Origin: Eledone cirrhosa
Lineage: Eukaryota
DNA: 64,000 nucleotides
Direction: 5' to 3'
NCBI GenBank assembly: GCA_964016885.1
Contig: OZ024740.1
Coordinates: 285,076,001-285,140,000, forward strand
Shown piece after piece: positions 1-14,531 of this stretch. Under the pieces are notes generated by a model. The model saw nothing but the letters and a program-made list of their open reading frames with translations. It had not been told where the DNA came from and did not search any database. The number at the start of each line of letters is the position of its first letter. Positions within the stretch are counted from its first letter, which is position 1. Both the position numbers and the translations under genes were made by a program.

Positions 1-179
1 CAGCAATTATCCCAGTGTATTACTGGTACTTTATTTTATCAACCCCGTAAGGATGAAAGGCAAAGTTAACCTCGGCGGGATTTGAACTCAGACCATAAAG
101 GGCCGTAACTCTTTGCTATAAAGCACGGCGTCAGACCCTCTACCGATACTGCCAATCCACCACCTTTTAATAATAATAA

Positions 180-3100
180 TGATAAGCAACAAGTCGAAAA
201 ATTACAGTACAGAACACAGACAAAACAAAAACAAACGCAACAGCAAAAGAAAAACAAATTTCAAAAGGTTTGAACGCAACAACCCCTACTTTCCTCATAG
301 CTAAAATCAAAAACAGCAGCAGCAACAACAACAACACTAGTAACCAATGTTACTGGCCTTGAAAAGTTTTTATCTATTTATTTGTTTATGTTCGTCTACA
401 GCGTGATGGTGCCACGCTAAAATCACCGGTGGTTATGTAACCATACATTCACCAATCCTCGATATGAGGGTTTAAATGTCGAACCTAAACAGTTCGAATA
501 ATGGTGAAAAAGAGACTGGAACATCATGTGAAAGACTTTCACCCAGCAAGTGCTCCCTAGCCCAGCAGCAGGGACCTGGCTGTCATCCAAATACTGCTGG
601 TGTTGGAGGAAGAAGAAGAAGGAAAGGGACAAGAACCAACTGGGCGAAAGAATTAAATAGAACTGTCATGAAATGCTACCTAAAGATTAACCCCATGGAA
701 AAAGGCTATAGGAAATGGATGCATAACATCTGGAATGAGGTTGGTCTATTTAAATTAGATGAACAAAAATTGGCCGGGCAGGCTCGGGTAATAAGAACTA
801 ATGGATGGAGCGAGTTGGAACTGGAGGAACTGAGCAGAAAGATTAAGTTGGAAATGGAGAGTGGAGTATGTCAGGCAAACGAGCCAGTGGGAAATGAAGG
901 CGAAGAAGTTGAGAGACCTGAGGAAGCATCCGAAGCAGACAATGATCTGAATGCTGAAATAAATAACATCTGGAACAAAGATATAGCCATTGAGGAAATG
1001 AATGCTGACGGGCTAGGACAAGATATGGTTGATATCCTGAACTTAGTGGTAGATGAAATGAACAATGATAGTGGAAAACCTATGAACCTAAGATTTGTAG
1101 ACAGGAAAAAGTTAAAAGAAACAACAGCTAAGGTAAACAAAGTCATCTCATACCTTGAGGCGAGGAACCTTCACCAATGCAACAATATCCTCAAAGCAAC
1201 CGCAAATGCGGTGAGGAAATTACTTGGCATAAAAACGAGAGGAAACAACAAACAAGAAAGATCAGAACCTTGGTGGAAGAAACAACTGAATGGTCAAATC
1301 AAGGAAATGAGAAAAGACATTGGAAAGCTTGAGTCCTTACTGAATGGGACATTACAAAACATAGACACTAAAGATAGATTGGAAATAAAATACAAAACTA
1401 GGGGTAAAAAGCTAAATATTATCATAGAGGAACTGAAGCAACGCATTGTAGCAAAGAGTGCAAAGATTAGGCGGTATGAGAACAGAGTCAGTCAGTATTG
1501 ACAGAACTGCATGTTTGACAACAACCAGAAGATATTGTTTGGGCAGCTTGAAGGGAAAGAAAGAGGCAATGACTTATCCCTGAGGCGGAACAGACTAAGA
1601 CATTCTGGAGAGGAATATGGGAGCAGGATGTTGAACATAATGGTCAGGCAGTGTGGATTGAAACAGTTCAAAAGGAGATTAGTAAACAGGCACACCAACA
1701 ACCTGATTTGAGTATCACAGTTGAAACTCTTAAGGGGCAGGCCAAAAAACTAACCAACTGGAAATCACCAGGCCCAGATGGTGTGCAAGGGTATTGGATT
1801 AAAAACATAACATCCCTCCACCCGAAACTGACAACCATGTTCAATGACTGCTTGATGTTGGGTGAGGTACCAGAGTGGTTGACAAAAGGTACCACATTTC
1901 TAGTAATGAAAGACCGAATCAAGGGTAATGATGTTACCAACTATAGGCCCATCACATGTCTGTCCGTAATGTGGAAACTTTTAACAAGCATTGTGTCTGA
2001 GGAAATTTACCATCACCTCCACATAAACAACTTGCTACCGGACAAACAGAAAGGATGCTGAAAGGAGTCCCGTGGTACAAAAGACCAGTTACTTATTGAT
2101 AAGATGGTAATGAGGAATTGCAAGAGGAGGCACACTGGTCTTGCCATGGAATGGATAGATTACAAAAAGGCATTTGAAATGGTACCTCATTCTTGGATAA
2201 CCAAAAGCCTAGAGATCTTCAAGGTGGCAGATAACATCAGACAGTTGTTGAGCAAAAGTATGAAGTCCTGGGAAACAGAGTTAACATCGGGTGGAGAATC
2301 CTTGGGATGCGTGAAGATCAAGAGAGGTATCTTCCAGGGAGATAGTTTGTCCCCTCTGCTGTTTGTCCTTGCCCTGATACCCCTGACCGTTTTATTGCGA
2401 AAAGTGAGAGCAGGATACAAGTTGGGAAAGGGAGAGCTTACCATCAACCACCTCCTCTTCATGGACGATCTTAAACTCTTTAGGAAGAGTGAGAAGGAGT
2501 TGGATGTACTTGTTGACACTGTCCGTATTTTCAGCAATTATATATGTATGGAATTTGGTATTAATAAGTGTGGAGTCCTAGTGATGAAGAGGGGTAAATT
2601 GAGCAGGTACCAACAGGTGAGATGATAAAGGAAATTGACACTGAGGAGGTATACAAATATTTAGGTGTTCTGGAGGCAGATGACATCGAGAACAAAAAAA
2701 ATGAAGGAATTGATAAGATCTGAGTACATAAGGAGGGTAAGGAGCGTATTAAAATAGTAGGAATGTCATAAGTGCAGTTAATTCCCGAGCTGTGTCTATT
2801 ATTAGGTACAGTGTGGGAATTCTGAAATGGAATGTTGCTGAACAAAAAGAAATCCCTTCATAGTACCTTCTTTAGGAAAACTGAATTTAGAGATCCACTG
2901 ACATGGAACTGGTTAAAAAGAGGAGACCATAAAAAAGCTACAGAAGGAATGCTAATGGCTGCGCTAGAGCAAGCCCTCAGAACGAAGTGGGTGAAACACC
3001 ATATTTACAAGGAGGAGGCTAGCTCACTGTGTAGGATCTGTGGAGAGAGAGAGAGAGAGAGGAGACTGTGGCTCACATTGTATCCGAGTGTAAAGACCTA

Positions 3101-3685
3101 GCCCAGACTCACTATAAAAGCTGGAGACATGATGTGATAGGCAGGGTGATCCACTGGCATTTATGCAAAGTAAACAATTTACCACATTCTGAGAAGTAGT
3201 ATGAGCATAAGCCAGTCGGTGATAGAAAACGATCAGGTGAAGGTGCTATGGGATTTTAGGATACAGACGGACAAGAAATTAGAATACAATATGCCTGACC
3301 TGGTGGTTTTGGACAAGGAAAAAAGATTGTGCCTGATTGTAGATGTAGCCTGCCCCTTTGACACGAGAGTGCAAGAAAAGGAGAGGGAAAAAATTAACCA
3401 ATACCAGGACTTAAAGTGGGAGGTAAAAAGGATTTGGAACTGCCATGAAGTCAAAGTGGTCCCGATTGTCATAGGCACACTAGGTACTATCTCAAAGAGT
3501 TTCCAAGGATGGTTAAAGAAGATTAGTCCAGCCCCGCTTTTTGGAACACTTCAAAAGGCATGCTTGCTGGGAACAGCAAGAACCCTCCGATACGTCCTGA
3601 ATATCTGAGGCTGCAGGTAGTGGCTTGATATTCATTTCAACAAACTTTCCAGTTAAATAACATCAATGACTGAGACTCAAAGAAC

Positions 3686-3728
<43 letters not shown>
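180..3728 (+). mobile_element. R4/Dong-clade non-LTR retrotransposon (RLE type), near full length, frameshifted, with (TAA)n tail
   Basis: Broken single ORF 476-3608 with RT motifs ([33 protein letters not shown]), a CRICG..H zinc knuckle and the restriction-like endonuclease PDLVVLDK..IVDVACP. Flanked by TAA repeats at ~170 and 3686-3728. Has an internal ~270-bp deletion near 2851 relative to the copy at 56129. Confidence 0.9.
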
Positions 3729-5620
3729 TTCAACAGTGTACCTCATTCATGGATCATAAAGACACTAGAAATGTATTACATTGCACCCGAGATCACAACT
3801 TTCCCGAAGGCAATGATGACACACTGGAAAACTATGTTGGTCCTTCAACACCACAACAGACCACTGGAATCTAGACAGATCAAGATTAATCGTGAAATAT
3901 TCCAAGGCGATTCCGTGTCCCCTTTGCTGTTCTGTATGTCACTTGCTCCATTTAGTTAGTTACTGCAGAGGACAGGCTATGGATATAAAATAGACAACAG
4001 ACACTACAGTCACCCTCTTTATATGGATGATATCAAGCTATTTGGAAACAATGATGAGCAACTGGAAGGATTACTGCACATAGAATTTGGACTGGACAAG
4101 TGTGCAAAAGCCACATTCAAGAGAGGGTTGCTCTCTAACCATAAAGATATTGTCATAGACCAATAAACTACCATAAAGGAACTTAACAATGAAGAGTTCT
4201 ACAAGTATCTTGGAGTTAATGAAAGAGATGGAATCCAATATTCAAATATGAAGGAAAAGATACGGAAGGAGTACATAAGGAGAGTGAGACTGGTAATAGA
4301 AAGTGAGCGAAACTCCTGCAACATGTTCAAAGCCATTAACAGTCTAGCAGTACCAGTTGTAACACACAGCTTTAACATCATAAACTGGAACCTGCAAGAA
4401 CTACAAAGGTCGGACTCTAAGACAAAGAAATTACTGACAACGGAAAAAATGCACCACCCTAAAGCTGATGTGCATAGGCTGTATATCTCAAGGAGAGAAG
4501 GTGGAAGGGGGCTCCGACAACTGGAAGCTGCATACAAAACAGCAACCATTGGATTGGATAGCTACCTCCACCACACCCAAGATGAACTCCTTATGCCTGT
4601 ACTCACTCAGGCATGAATGAATTAAGAAACTATACTCAATAACAAAAGAGGCAAGAAAATTTAAGCAAAAACTGAACATGGAGCAAGACATACCCATAGA
4701 AAATCAACAACAGAGTGCTGCACAGCTAGCTATAACAGTGAAGATCAGAGCAAAGAAATTCCAAACAGAGGAACTAAACTGTGAATGGAAGGCAAAACCA
4801 CTACATGGTAGATTCCCAAAATGACTTTCTGATAATGGTATCGATCAGCATGGCTCACTATCCTGGCTCAGAAGTGCTGGTTTGAAAGGAAAGACTGAGG
4901 CGTTCTTAGTTGCTGCACAAGAATAATCTCTAAACACGTGGGCTTATAGACACGGAATAGTGAAAGATGGGACTCGCCTTCTATGCAGAATATGCTACAA
5001 ACATGAAGAAACGGTAGATCATGTTATCTCCGGGTGTCCAGAGCTGGCAAAAACTGACTATATAGAAAGACACAACCACATTGCCAAATATGTGCACTGG
5101 ATGCTCTGCCACTCTCATGACATCCAAACTCCTAACAAATGGTATGAACATCAACCAAAAACAGTCATGGAAAAGGGCAACATATCCATGTTGTGGGATA
5201 TGCCTGTGATAACCCACCAAGAAATCGCTGCCAGCAGATCAGATATCATCATAAACTAAAACAGATCGGTCATGTAGCCTTATAGATATTTCCATACCAG
5301 CAGACAAGAATACATCTATAAAAACAATAGAAAAACTGTCAAAATACAAAGACCTGGAAATAGAGATCAACCGCATGTGGAGGGTGAACACAAACACTAT
5401 CCCTGTGGTAATAGGAGCATTAGGATTAATACCCAAATCCTCAGACCTACACCTTAACGTCCTTCCCTGCAAGATCAGCAAATATGAGCTACAGAAGATT
5501 GGGTTACTAGGAACAACACACATTCTCAGATGAGTTCTTTCTCTACAATGAAAACATCTATTGCCCTTGGGCAATAGAGAAACAGAACTGAGCTAAACAA
5601 AATAGCACAACAACAACAAC
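3729..5620 (+). mobile_element. Second, diverged R4/Dong-type element, 5'-truncated, starting in the TAA tail of the first
   Basis: SVPHSWI, IFQGDSVSPLLF, YMDD, CRICYKHEETVDHVISGC, SRSDIII..IDISIP motifs with stops and frameshifts; short CAA-repeat tail. Confidence 0.85.
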
Positions 5621-7112
5621 AAGAAAAAGAAGAACTAGTTAAAAACCTTGATATCACACTAGATACAGAAACTGAGATAAGAGAATTAGATCAAACACTG
5701 ACATACAAATAATTAGAGATCAATGAACTAGACACACAGCAAATGAAAAAAGATTAGAAAGAAATACTATGAACACATTAGATTACTTACTACTTAAAAC
5801 ATAGTTAACTATAAAAAATAAGGTAATAGGCTTCAATACTTTAACAATAATCAGCTATAGTTTTAATATTCTTAACTGAACACTAAAACAAACTAACAGA
5901 ACAAGAGAGAAAAGCAAGGAAAATAATTGTTGAGAAGCAAGGAAAATAATTGTTTCTATTTTAGGCACAAGGCCAGCAATTACTCAGTACATTACTGGTA
6001 CTTTATTTTATCGACCCCGTAAGGATGAAAGGCAAAGTTAACCTCGGCGGGTTTTGAACTCAGAGAGCAGAGAGCTAGAATGGATACCATAAAGCATTCT
6101 ATCCGACGTTCTAATGACTTTGCCAATTCACTACCTATCCACTTGAAGAACTATACAAATATCTAATGAAGAATAAAGCTGAATAGAGAGGAAAATTCAC
6201 CATGCTGGTACTAGAAGACATGTGATGCTTTGCTTCCATATTTATGATTAAATGACAAGGAAAAGTGAAAATGTGCAAAAATGGAACCTTCTTTAGAGAT
6301 ATGAAAATAAAGAAATAAAAACAAATTTTTCACTTTTATTTTTTTATTTTGATATTTCAGCCATGAACGAGGAGAGTGGAATGGTGTCCTGGCATGTGCC
6401 GTAAGATGGGGGTTGGGTGAGTACTGCAGCATGTGCAGATTAGCAGCGACAGAGCCACAAATGAGTGTGATACAATTCCTGTCTGTGCGCATCAGAACAA
6501 TGTCCTACTTTTCTCATTCATAACTAGGGGCTATTTAAGGGTTAAAACACATAAACATGCAAACATACATATACATATACTTCACCATATACAGTCACAC
6601 ACAGACTCATATACATACACACATATATGCTCATACACACACACACACACACATCCACACACTCACACACACATGCACATAAACACACTCACATACATAC
6701 ACACACATATGCTCACACACATACTCTAAATTAAAAATAATATTGAAAATGCCAATAAACTTACCTTTGTTAATTAAAGATCATCCCCATCCTCATCACA
6801 TCATTAGTTTTACAGGTGATTTTCCAGAGTGGCATGGGTTGGATGAGACTTTGTCAAGCAGAATTCTACGGCCCAATGCCCTTCCTGATGTCAACCCTTT
6901 TGTTGTTCTGTCTTTGTTTTTTAACGTAAGGTATAGATCTTTGCATGTTTAACCACTGCTCAGTAGAACTTCTGTTTACGTTAGATATAAACCAATATCA
7001 CCGTATGTGCTAACAACAAATGTAAAGTATAGAGAAAAAACATAGACAACAAACAAACAACACACACTTATGTACACACACATGCACACACATACACACA
7101 CATGCACATATA

Positions 7113-7452
7113 CAAGGGCCACCTGAAAAGTTCATAGGCTGACCAAGATACTCTCATGGCATGACCAAATGAGGTTTATTTTTCAACATTGTCCCTAGAA
7201 AGAAACAATGCAGTTATTAATAAGAAAAGTTGAAATTAATGCATGCAAGATTTCACAGCACTAGCATCACTCCTTCATAGGCTGAACAAGATACTCTCAT
7301 GGAATGACCAAATGAGATTTATTTTTCAACATAGTCCCTGGAAAGAAACAATGCAGTTATTAATAAAAAGAATTGAAATTAATGCATACAAGATTTCACA
7401 GCCCTAGCATCACTCCTTCATAGTCAGCCTATGAACATTTCAGCCGACCTTC
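7113..7452. mobile_element. Mariner-derived MITE with internal 143-bp tandem duplication
   Basis: TA then CAAGGGCCACCTGAAAAGTTCATAGGCTGAC ... GTCAGCCTATGAACATTTCAGCCGACCTT inverted ends; 7133-7275 is repeated at 7276-7420. Confidence 0.7.
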
Positions 7453-8018
7453 ATTCAACAGGCGTTGTACAGTTTCTGTCTACCAAATGTATTCAAGACA
7501 TTGATCAGTTTGAGGTTACAGTAGAACATACTTACCCAAGTTGTCATGCAGTGCAAGAGGACACATGACCAAGTGACAACCAAATGGTCTACTTAATGAC
7601 GTACCAATTTCTGTGTCTACTTATTTGTACTTGTGCTTGTGTCAACGTTCACCCAGGGCTCTAACCAGTCTACAGCTGTAGAATCACTAGTGAAGTCTTA
7701 TTGGAAATATGGGTTTCGCAGGCAAACTGTTGTAGCATAATAATAATCTACCATTGGACATAATTCCACAATAACTCCACCCATTTACTGTTTCCCCACC
7801 ACACACTCTCTCTCCTTTCCTCCCCCTCTCCCCCTCTCTTTCTCTCTCTTATCAAGAAACATTCTCCAGATCACCTGCCACTGTACTTTCATAGTACAGA
7901 AAGACTTAAAAGTTAAGATTTCCCCTTTTCTGTGAACATGGACAAAAATTCTTTAGACACTCCTGCCCAATTTCCTATACACACACACATTCACACACAC
8001 AACACACACACATACACA

Positions 8019-8089
<71 letters not shown>

Positions 8090-8644
8090 TATAAGTCTGG
8101 GAACTCCTTTAAAATTTCATCTTTGTAGGTCATCTGTAAATGTTCTGATCCTTAAAGTTACAATCCAATTCTACTTTCTAATTATCAACTATAGATCTAT
8201 CAGCAGTTTATGTTTTGTGTTCACTTTTTTGTATGCCAACCCCTTCTTAAACTGCCAAACCTTTTTTCTTCCTCAATATTTTTCATGGTTTCAATAAAAA
8301 TGGTTAGTAAATTTACAACAGTGAACTGATAAATTGCTTATATTTTATGTTACTGTCTGTAAATATAGACCATATGTGTATATATGTATATAACATCCAG
8401 CCCACACTGTAAAGTGATCGTGTAGGTGTCACAACAAAAAGCACCTAGCCCACACTGTAAAGCGGTTGTGTAAAAGACATGGCAAAAAGCACCCAGCTCA
8501 CACTGTCAATGTGGTTAGCATTAGGAAGGGCAAACCAGCCAGAAACACTCCTATATGAGCGAAATATGATCACCCGACCCAACTTGCCTCTAAATGGGAC
8601 AAACCCGTCTAACCCATGCTAGCGGGGAAGATAGATGTTAATCG

Positions 8645-9945
8645 ATTATGATGATGATGATGATGTCTGGTTACTGCTGCTGCTGTTGTTATTGTTGTAC
8701 TTTTTGATGATGATGATGTTGATGGTCATGGTGATTTTATGATGGTGGTAGGGACAATGATGATGATCTATGATAGTGACAGTAGTTGGAGTGGTGGTGG
8801 CAGTGGTGGTGGTGGTGATGGTGGTGGTGGTGGTGGTGATGATGATGATAATAATGAGGATAGAATTGAAGGTACAAGCTGATGTTAGTAATGGGAATAA
8901 TAATAGTGGTGGTGGTGGTTGTGGTGATGGTGGCGGCAGTGGTGGCGGTGGTGGTGGTGGTAGAGGTAGTAGTGGTGGTGATGGTGCCAATGGAGGTGGT
9001 AGTGGTGGTGTTGGTAGTGGCGATGGTGGTGGTAGTGGTGGTGGTGGCGATGGTGGTGGTAGTGGTGGCGGTGGAGGCTGTAGTGATGGTGGTTGGTGGC
9101 AGTGGTAGTGGTAGTAGTGGTGATGATGGTGGCAATGGTGGTGGTAGTGGTGGTGGAGGCGATGGTGGCGGTTGTGGTTTTGGTGGTGGTGGTAGTGGTA
9201 GTGGTGGTGGTGGTGTTGGTAGTGGTAGTGGTAGTGGTTGTTACAGTAAACAGTAAGTGGTTATGGTGATGATGTGGATAGCAAGTAGTAGTGTTAGAAG
9301 TTATGTTGTTGCTGTTGTTGTTGTTCATGATGATGATGGTAACAATGATGATGATGATGATGATGATAATGATAATGATGATGATGATGATGATGATAGT
9401 GGTAATGGTGGCAGTGGTGATTTGGTAGTGGTGGTAGTGCAGGTCGTAATTATAGCAATATTTGTAGCTATGACTGTAATGACAGTTGTTGTAATAGCAG
9501 TGGTGGTGGTGGTGGTGGTGGTGGTCGTGGTCGTGGTCGTGTTGGTGGTGGTGTTGGTGGTGGTGATGGTGGTAGTGGTGGTGGTGGTGGTGGTGGTGGT
9601 GGTGGTGGTGGTGGTGGTGGTGGTGGTGGTGGTGGTGGTGATAGTGGTGGTGGTGGTGGTGGTGGTGGTAGTGGTGGTGATAGTGGTGGTGGTGGTGGTG
9701 GTGGTGGCGGTGGTGGTGATGGTGGTGTTGGTGGTGATGGTGGTGGTGGTGGTGATGGTGGTGGTGGTGGTAGTGGTGGTGATAGTGGTGGTGGTGGTAG
9801 TGGTGGTGGTAGTGGTGGTGGTGGTGGTGATGGTGGTGGTGGTGATGGTGGTGGTGGTGGTGGTGGTGGTGGTGGTAGTGGTGGTGGTGGTGGTGGTGGT
9901 GGTGGTGGTGGTGGTGGTGATAGTGGTGGTGGTGGTGGTGGTGTG
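8645..9945. repeat. Compound (GGT)n/(GAT)n trinucleotide microsatellite region
   Basis: Long GGT runs at 8790-9240 and 9500-9942; source of the poly-V/G/T/H ORFs. Confidence 0.95.
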
Positions 9946-10639
9946 TAGTGTGGATGGTGATGTTAATTTAAAGAGTAAAAAAATGTTTTTTTTCTATAGT
10001 CTAATATTTAGTCTGACTCAAACATTAATTTTTTTCTTACAAAATCCTACCTATGATTAATTCTTTTTCCAGATTATTACAGTCAATGATGTGTGTGTGT
10101 ATGTGTGTGTGTGTGTGCATGTGTGTTTGTATGTGTGTGTGCGCATGTGTGTTTGTATGTGTGTGTGTGCACATGTGTGTATGTGTGTGTGTGCACATGT
10201 GTGTTTGTATGTGTGTGCACATGTGTGTATGTGTGTGTGTGTGTGCTATTGACTGTTATGCACAAGTAAAACTGAATTAACTTCAAAAGGGGGGAAAAAA
10301 AGATGAATACAAAGAGATGTGATAGAAAGTATTGAGTCAGTAAGATATTTATGATTTTTATTAGTAAGAAGAAAGCCCTGGTTGGCTGGTTGGACAGTTT
10401 GTAACTCTATGGACATGAGAGACCCATACACCTTCAATCAATTATATACTGATTTTGTTTTGATGAGCAAGGTATGACGTGGTCAACTGGTCAGACTTGC
10501 CTCATAATGGTTCTACCCAGTCTGACACTGTAAACACTGTAAGTTCCACCACACTGTAAATGTGGTTGAGGCTTAGGAAAGGCATCCAGCAGTCGAAAAA
10601 ACCTAGCCAAAACACAGTACCGCTAGAAGCAAGTTATGG

Positions 10640-11060
10640 CATGAACAACTGCCGACCTTCCTCATAACAGGATCACCTACCTCCCAAAATACTGTTTCAC
10701 TATGAGCAAGGTATGGTATGGCCAACTGGTGAGACCTTCCTCATAACAGGACCACCTACCTCCCAAAATACTGTTTCACTATGAGCAAGGTATGGCATGG
10801 CCAACTGGTGAGACCTTCTTCATAACAGGACCACCTACCTCCCAAAATACTGTTTCACTATGAGCAAGGTATGGCATGGCCAACTGGTGAGACCTTCCTC
10901 ATAACAGGACCACCTACCTCCCAAAATACTGTTTCACTATGAGCAAGGTATGGCGTGGCCAACTGGTGAGACCTTCTTCATAACAGGACCACCTACCTCC
11001 CAAAATACTGTTTCAGCAAGGTATGGCGTGGCCAACTGGCCTGATTTACCTCATAATGGG
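10640..11060. repeat. 79-bp minisatellite (~5 copies) within a composite repeat 10460-11310; related degenerate array at 18240-19530
   Basis: Unit ATGAGCAAGGTATGGCATGGCCAACTGGTGAGACCTTCCTCATAACAGGACCACCTACCTCCCAAAATACTGTTTCACT at 10702, 10781, 10860, 10939. Confidence 0.9.
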
Positions 11061-14000
11061 ACCATCCAGTCCCAAACTGTAAACACTGTAAGCGTGGTTG
11101 GTGCTAGGATGGGCATCCAGAAACTATAAAAGCCAAAACAAAAACACAGTCCCGCTGTATGCAAAGTGTGGCATGGCCAGACCTCCCTCATAATGAGACC
11201 ACGCAGCTCCCAAAATAAAGTTCCACTGACCCTCCTTATAACAGGACTACTCAGTTCCACACTGTAAACATGGTTGGTGTTAGGAAGGGTATCCAGCTGT
11301 AAAAACACCCATCACCATCCTTAAAAGGATGGTGATGGTCATCTAAAAACATAGCGTAATGAGGCTGTTTGCTTGCAAAGAAATTGAGTATTATTATTAT
11401 TCAATATAAAACTTACAAATGCATTTACATATCCAGCTATGTTAGAGCAAAAAACGAAATTCTAATTTTTTATTCTATGTAAAATTCTTTTTAGATTATA
11501 CTTCAAACTCCAGCATAATAATGAAAAAGCTAACTGTATTACAACATTATTTTAAAGATTATTTGAAAATGATAGGTAATATCTTTCATTATAAATATGG
11601 TAATGAAAGGTTTAATAAGCAGTGTATATGAAGAAAAAATGGTCTAAAAATCTATTAAAAAACAACAACAGCATGTGAAGTGTGTTTCCATGTTTCTGTG
11701 TAAACATCCAATGCAAGTAGGCATGATGTTATTTTTCTTAAGGAACTTAATCATTTCAAGCATGTTTGTTTAAAATGCATTAAAACTAAATAATATAATA
11801 CTGGAAAAAAGATTCATAAAAAATAAACAGATAGAAATCATTGCAATCAATCTCCCCACCTATATAAAATAGAGTTTTTTTTTGTCATATTAAATAAGCC
11901 AAATTTTGAAGAAAATCAGGTGAAATGTCAAAATTTGATAACTTCGCCTTAAGAATCAAAAATTAAAACTAAATCTGAAGAATTTGAATTCAAGTAGTTG
12001 TTATTTTTTATTGCATGGTTACATTAGATTTGTTCAAAATTACTGTTCACTGGGAAAACATTACAATGAAACTTTGATTCAGTCTTGATACAAACTATCT
12101 TATAGTTTCACATAGCTTAAAGTCACACACTGCTTACAATCATATTTTCTCATGACCTTAAATTTTTACCATATAGTCACACTCTATTTTGTTTTTCTCT
12201 ATTATTATTTTTATTCAACACTGAACTGAAGCCATAGACAGCTGTTCTACAACCGACAGAAAATAAATTTTTTTCTATTTCCTCTAGTTGAAGCATGAGA
12301 ATAAAAATGGTTAGATTGACATCACCAAATTACACATTTAACAGATAATCATTCATTCATAACTAACTTGTTCAAAGCCACTCAAGTGATAAGGTTTCTC
12401 TATCGCAGAAAAATTCAGAAGAGCAGGAGTCAAAAATTACTTAAGGCTTCTTCTCCCTACTTCAGTACCAGATCTGATTATTTCTAAATCCCAGAAGAGC
12501 AGGAGTCAAAAATTACTTGTTAAGGTTTCTTGTCTCTATTTCTCTACCAGATCTGATTATTTCTAAATCTCAGAATTTGATATTGTCAGAAACATCAGGT
12601 ATGTATAGACTCATAAACATTTACCACTTACACAGAGTAAGTCATGCTTCCTGAAACGCCTATGAGATATATTTTGAATGAATTTAAAGGTATTGCAAAT
12701 CATAATCTTTTATATTTTGTTATATACCTGACTATTTTGTAATATGCTAACAAGGTGGCCACCGACAAGAAAACCTGTAGCAGTTGTGGATCAAATGAAT
12801 GAATTATTTGAAAGTGTTTTATTATTTCTTTACAAATATGACACAGCATGGCTGAATGGCTAAGAAATTTGCTTCCCAATTACAAGATCCTGGGTCAATC
12901 TCACTGTTTGGCATCTTGGGCAAATGCCTTTTACCGTAGATTTGAGTCAACCCAAGTCTTATGAATGGAATTGGGGAGAGACACTATGATGAAGTTTGTG
13001 AAAGGAATTCTACCAGTAATTCAAAGGTTCAGCCTTGTCTCACACTATGTCATACTGATTCTGCTTGAGGATTAAGTTAAGGGTACATGTGTCAGTGGAA
13101 TACCCAGCTATTTACATGCTAATTCAATGAACAGGTAGTTCAGCTGATCAAATAACTGAATACTCATCATCAAAACAGATGGAAATCCATTTTTATTTCC
13201 TTAGAAATCAGTGAATTAGGAGAAACAATAGAATCATCCTCAACAATATATAACATCTGCTTCCTCTGCTAGCAGCGGTTGGCTGAGTCTACATAAACCA
13301 AGTCAGTACTAGAGTGGTGGCTACTGCCCTCCCAGACAGGCTAAGGAGTCAGTATCCTGCTTACATACCTTTCCTAACACCAACCACTTTACAGCGTGTA
13401 CTGGATGCTTTTATTGTGTAGATCACCAGCATTAGGGAGGTTGTCGTGTCCTTGACACAACTAAAGGGTCCTCCCAATCCTTTGTTTGGCCAGCTTTCTA
13501 TAGCTGGATGGCCTTCCTATCACCAACCACTTTACAGTGTGTACTGGATGCATTTATCATGTAGACCACTATATCAAATGAAAACGAAATGCCTTACAGT
13601 ATTTAGTTTTGACACTTTGAATTCAAATCCTGTCAGGAATCAGCATTGTCTTTCATCCCAACAAGGGGAGTCAAAGAGATATGTTCCAATCAAATGCATT
13701 ATTAGTCTCTTCAAAATTTGGGACCTTCAACTAAATCAAATCTGAACCATTCAATCCACAGGCTTGTTATTGTTATTGATATTATTGTTGTTATTGTTAT
13801 TTGACTGAATAGACCTATGATCAAAGACAACCTAACTGTAATCAACCTGTCTTTTGAAAGGTATCCATAACTAAATTTTCTAATATATACTTTCTTTTTT
13901 TTATGATGGCAGGCTTATGATCTGAGGGAGATTTGGTTGCTATCTTGAGCTAGTTGATTGATCATGTAGGGGCTATTCCATTGGCCCAACCCTCACTTTC

Positions 14001-14531
14001 TTTTTTAAAGATGGTAGAGCATGATTTAGTTAAGATTTTTGCTGTTATTCCTAGTTGGTTGTGTAATCACAAAACAACTCCCTCACTGACCCGACCCTTG
14101 GGTTGATTACAAAAATAAGTATCAATAATACTTTAAGATCACTGTAGTTATCTGAACTTCTCTCAACAAATATGTAATATGTGCTCTTGTACCATTGTAA
14201 GACACAACAATTTCTACTCAGCACTTGCTAGAATGTGTGACCATATGTAAATGAGATGCAGACCACTCGTTCTGTCTGGGAGGTCAGTAGTCCCACTTCA
14301 GTACTGACTTGGTCTATGTAGACCCATCCTTGCTAGCAGGGAGAGTGGACGTTAAATGATGACGATGATGATGATGATGTTATAGAAAATTCTGTGATTT
14401 ATGGCTGTGTGGTGGCAGAATCTTCAACATACCACTGTGATCTGGTCACTGACACCAAAATTCCACTGCAGTAGCCACGTTGCAGTGATGCAACAAACAT
14501 TTTAACATCTCACAAAATAGAAAAATGAATA

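Noticed and set aside
871-3478. Minus-strand ORFs over the Dong element (also 56291-57623 and 21028-21579)
   Set aside because: Antisense shadows of retrotransposon coding sequence.
476-3608. Active autonomous retrotransposon, or the RT partner of the HHR elements
   Set aside because: Multiple frameshifts, stops and a deletion. It is an RLE-type R4/Dong element tied to TAA repeats, not a Penelope RT/GIY-YIG element.
8646-10286. Long poly-Val/Gly/Thr/His and CV/HT-repeat ORFs
   Set aside because: Translations of GGT, GAT and GT microsatellites, open in several frames on both strands, with no splice or domain support.
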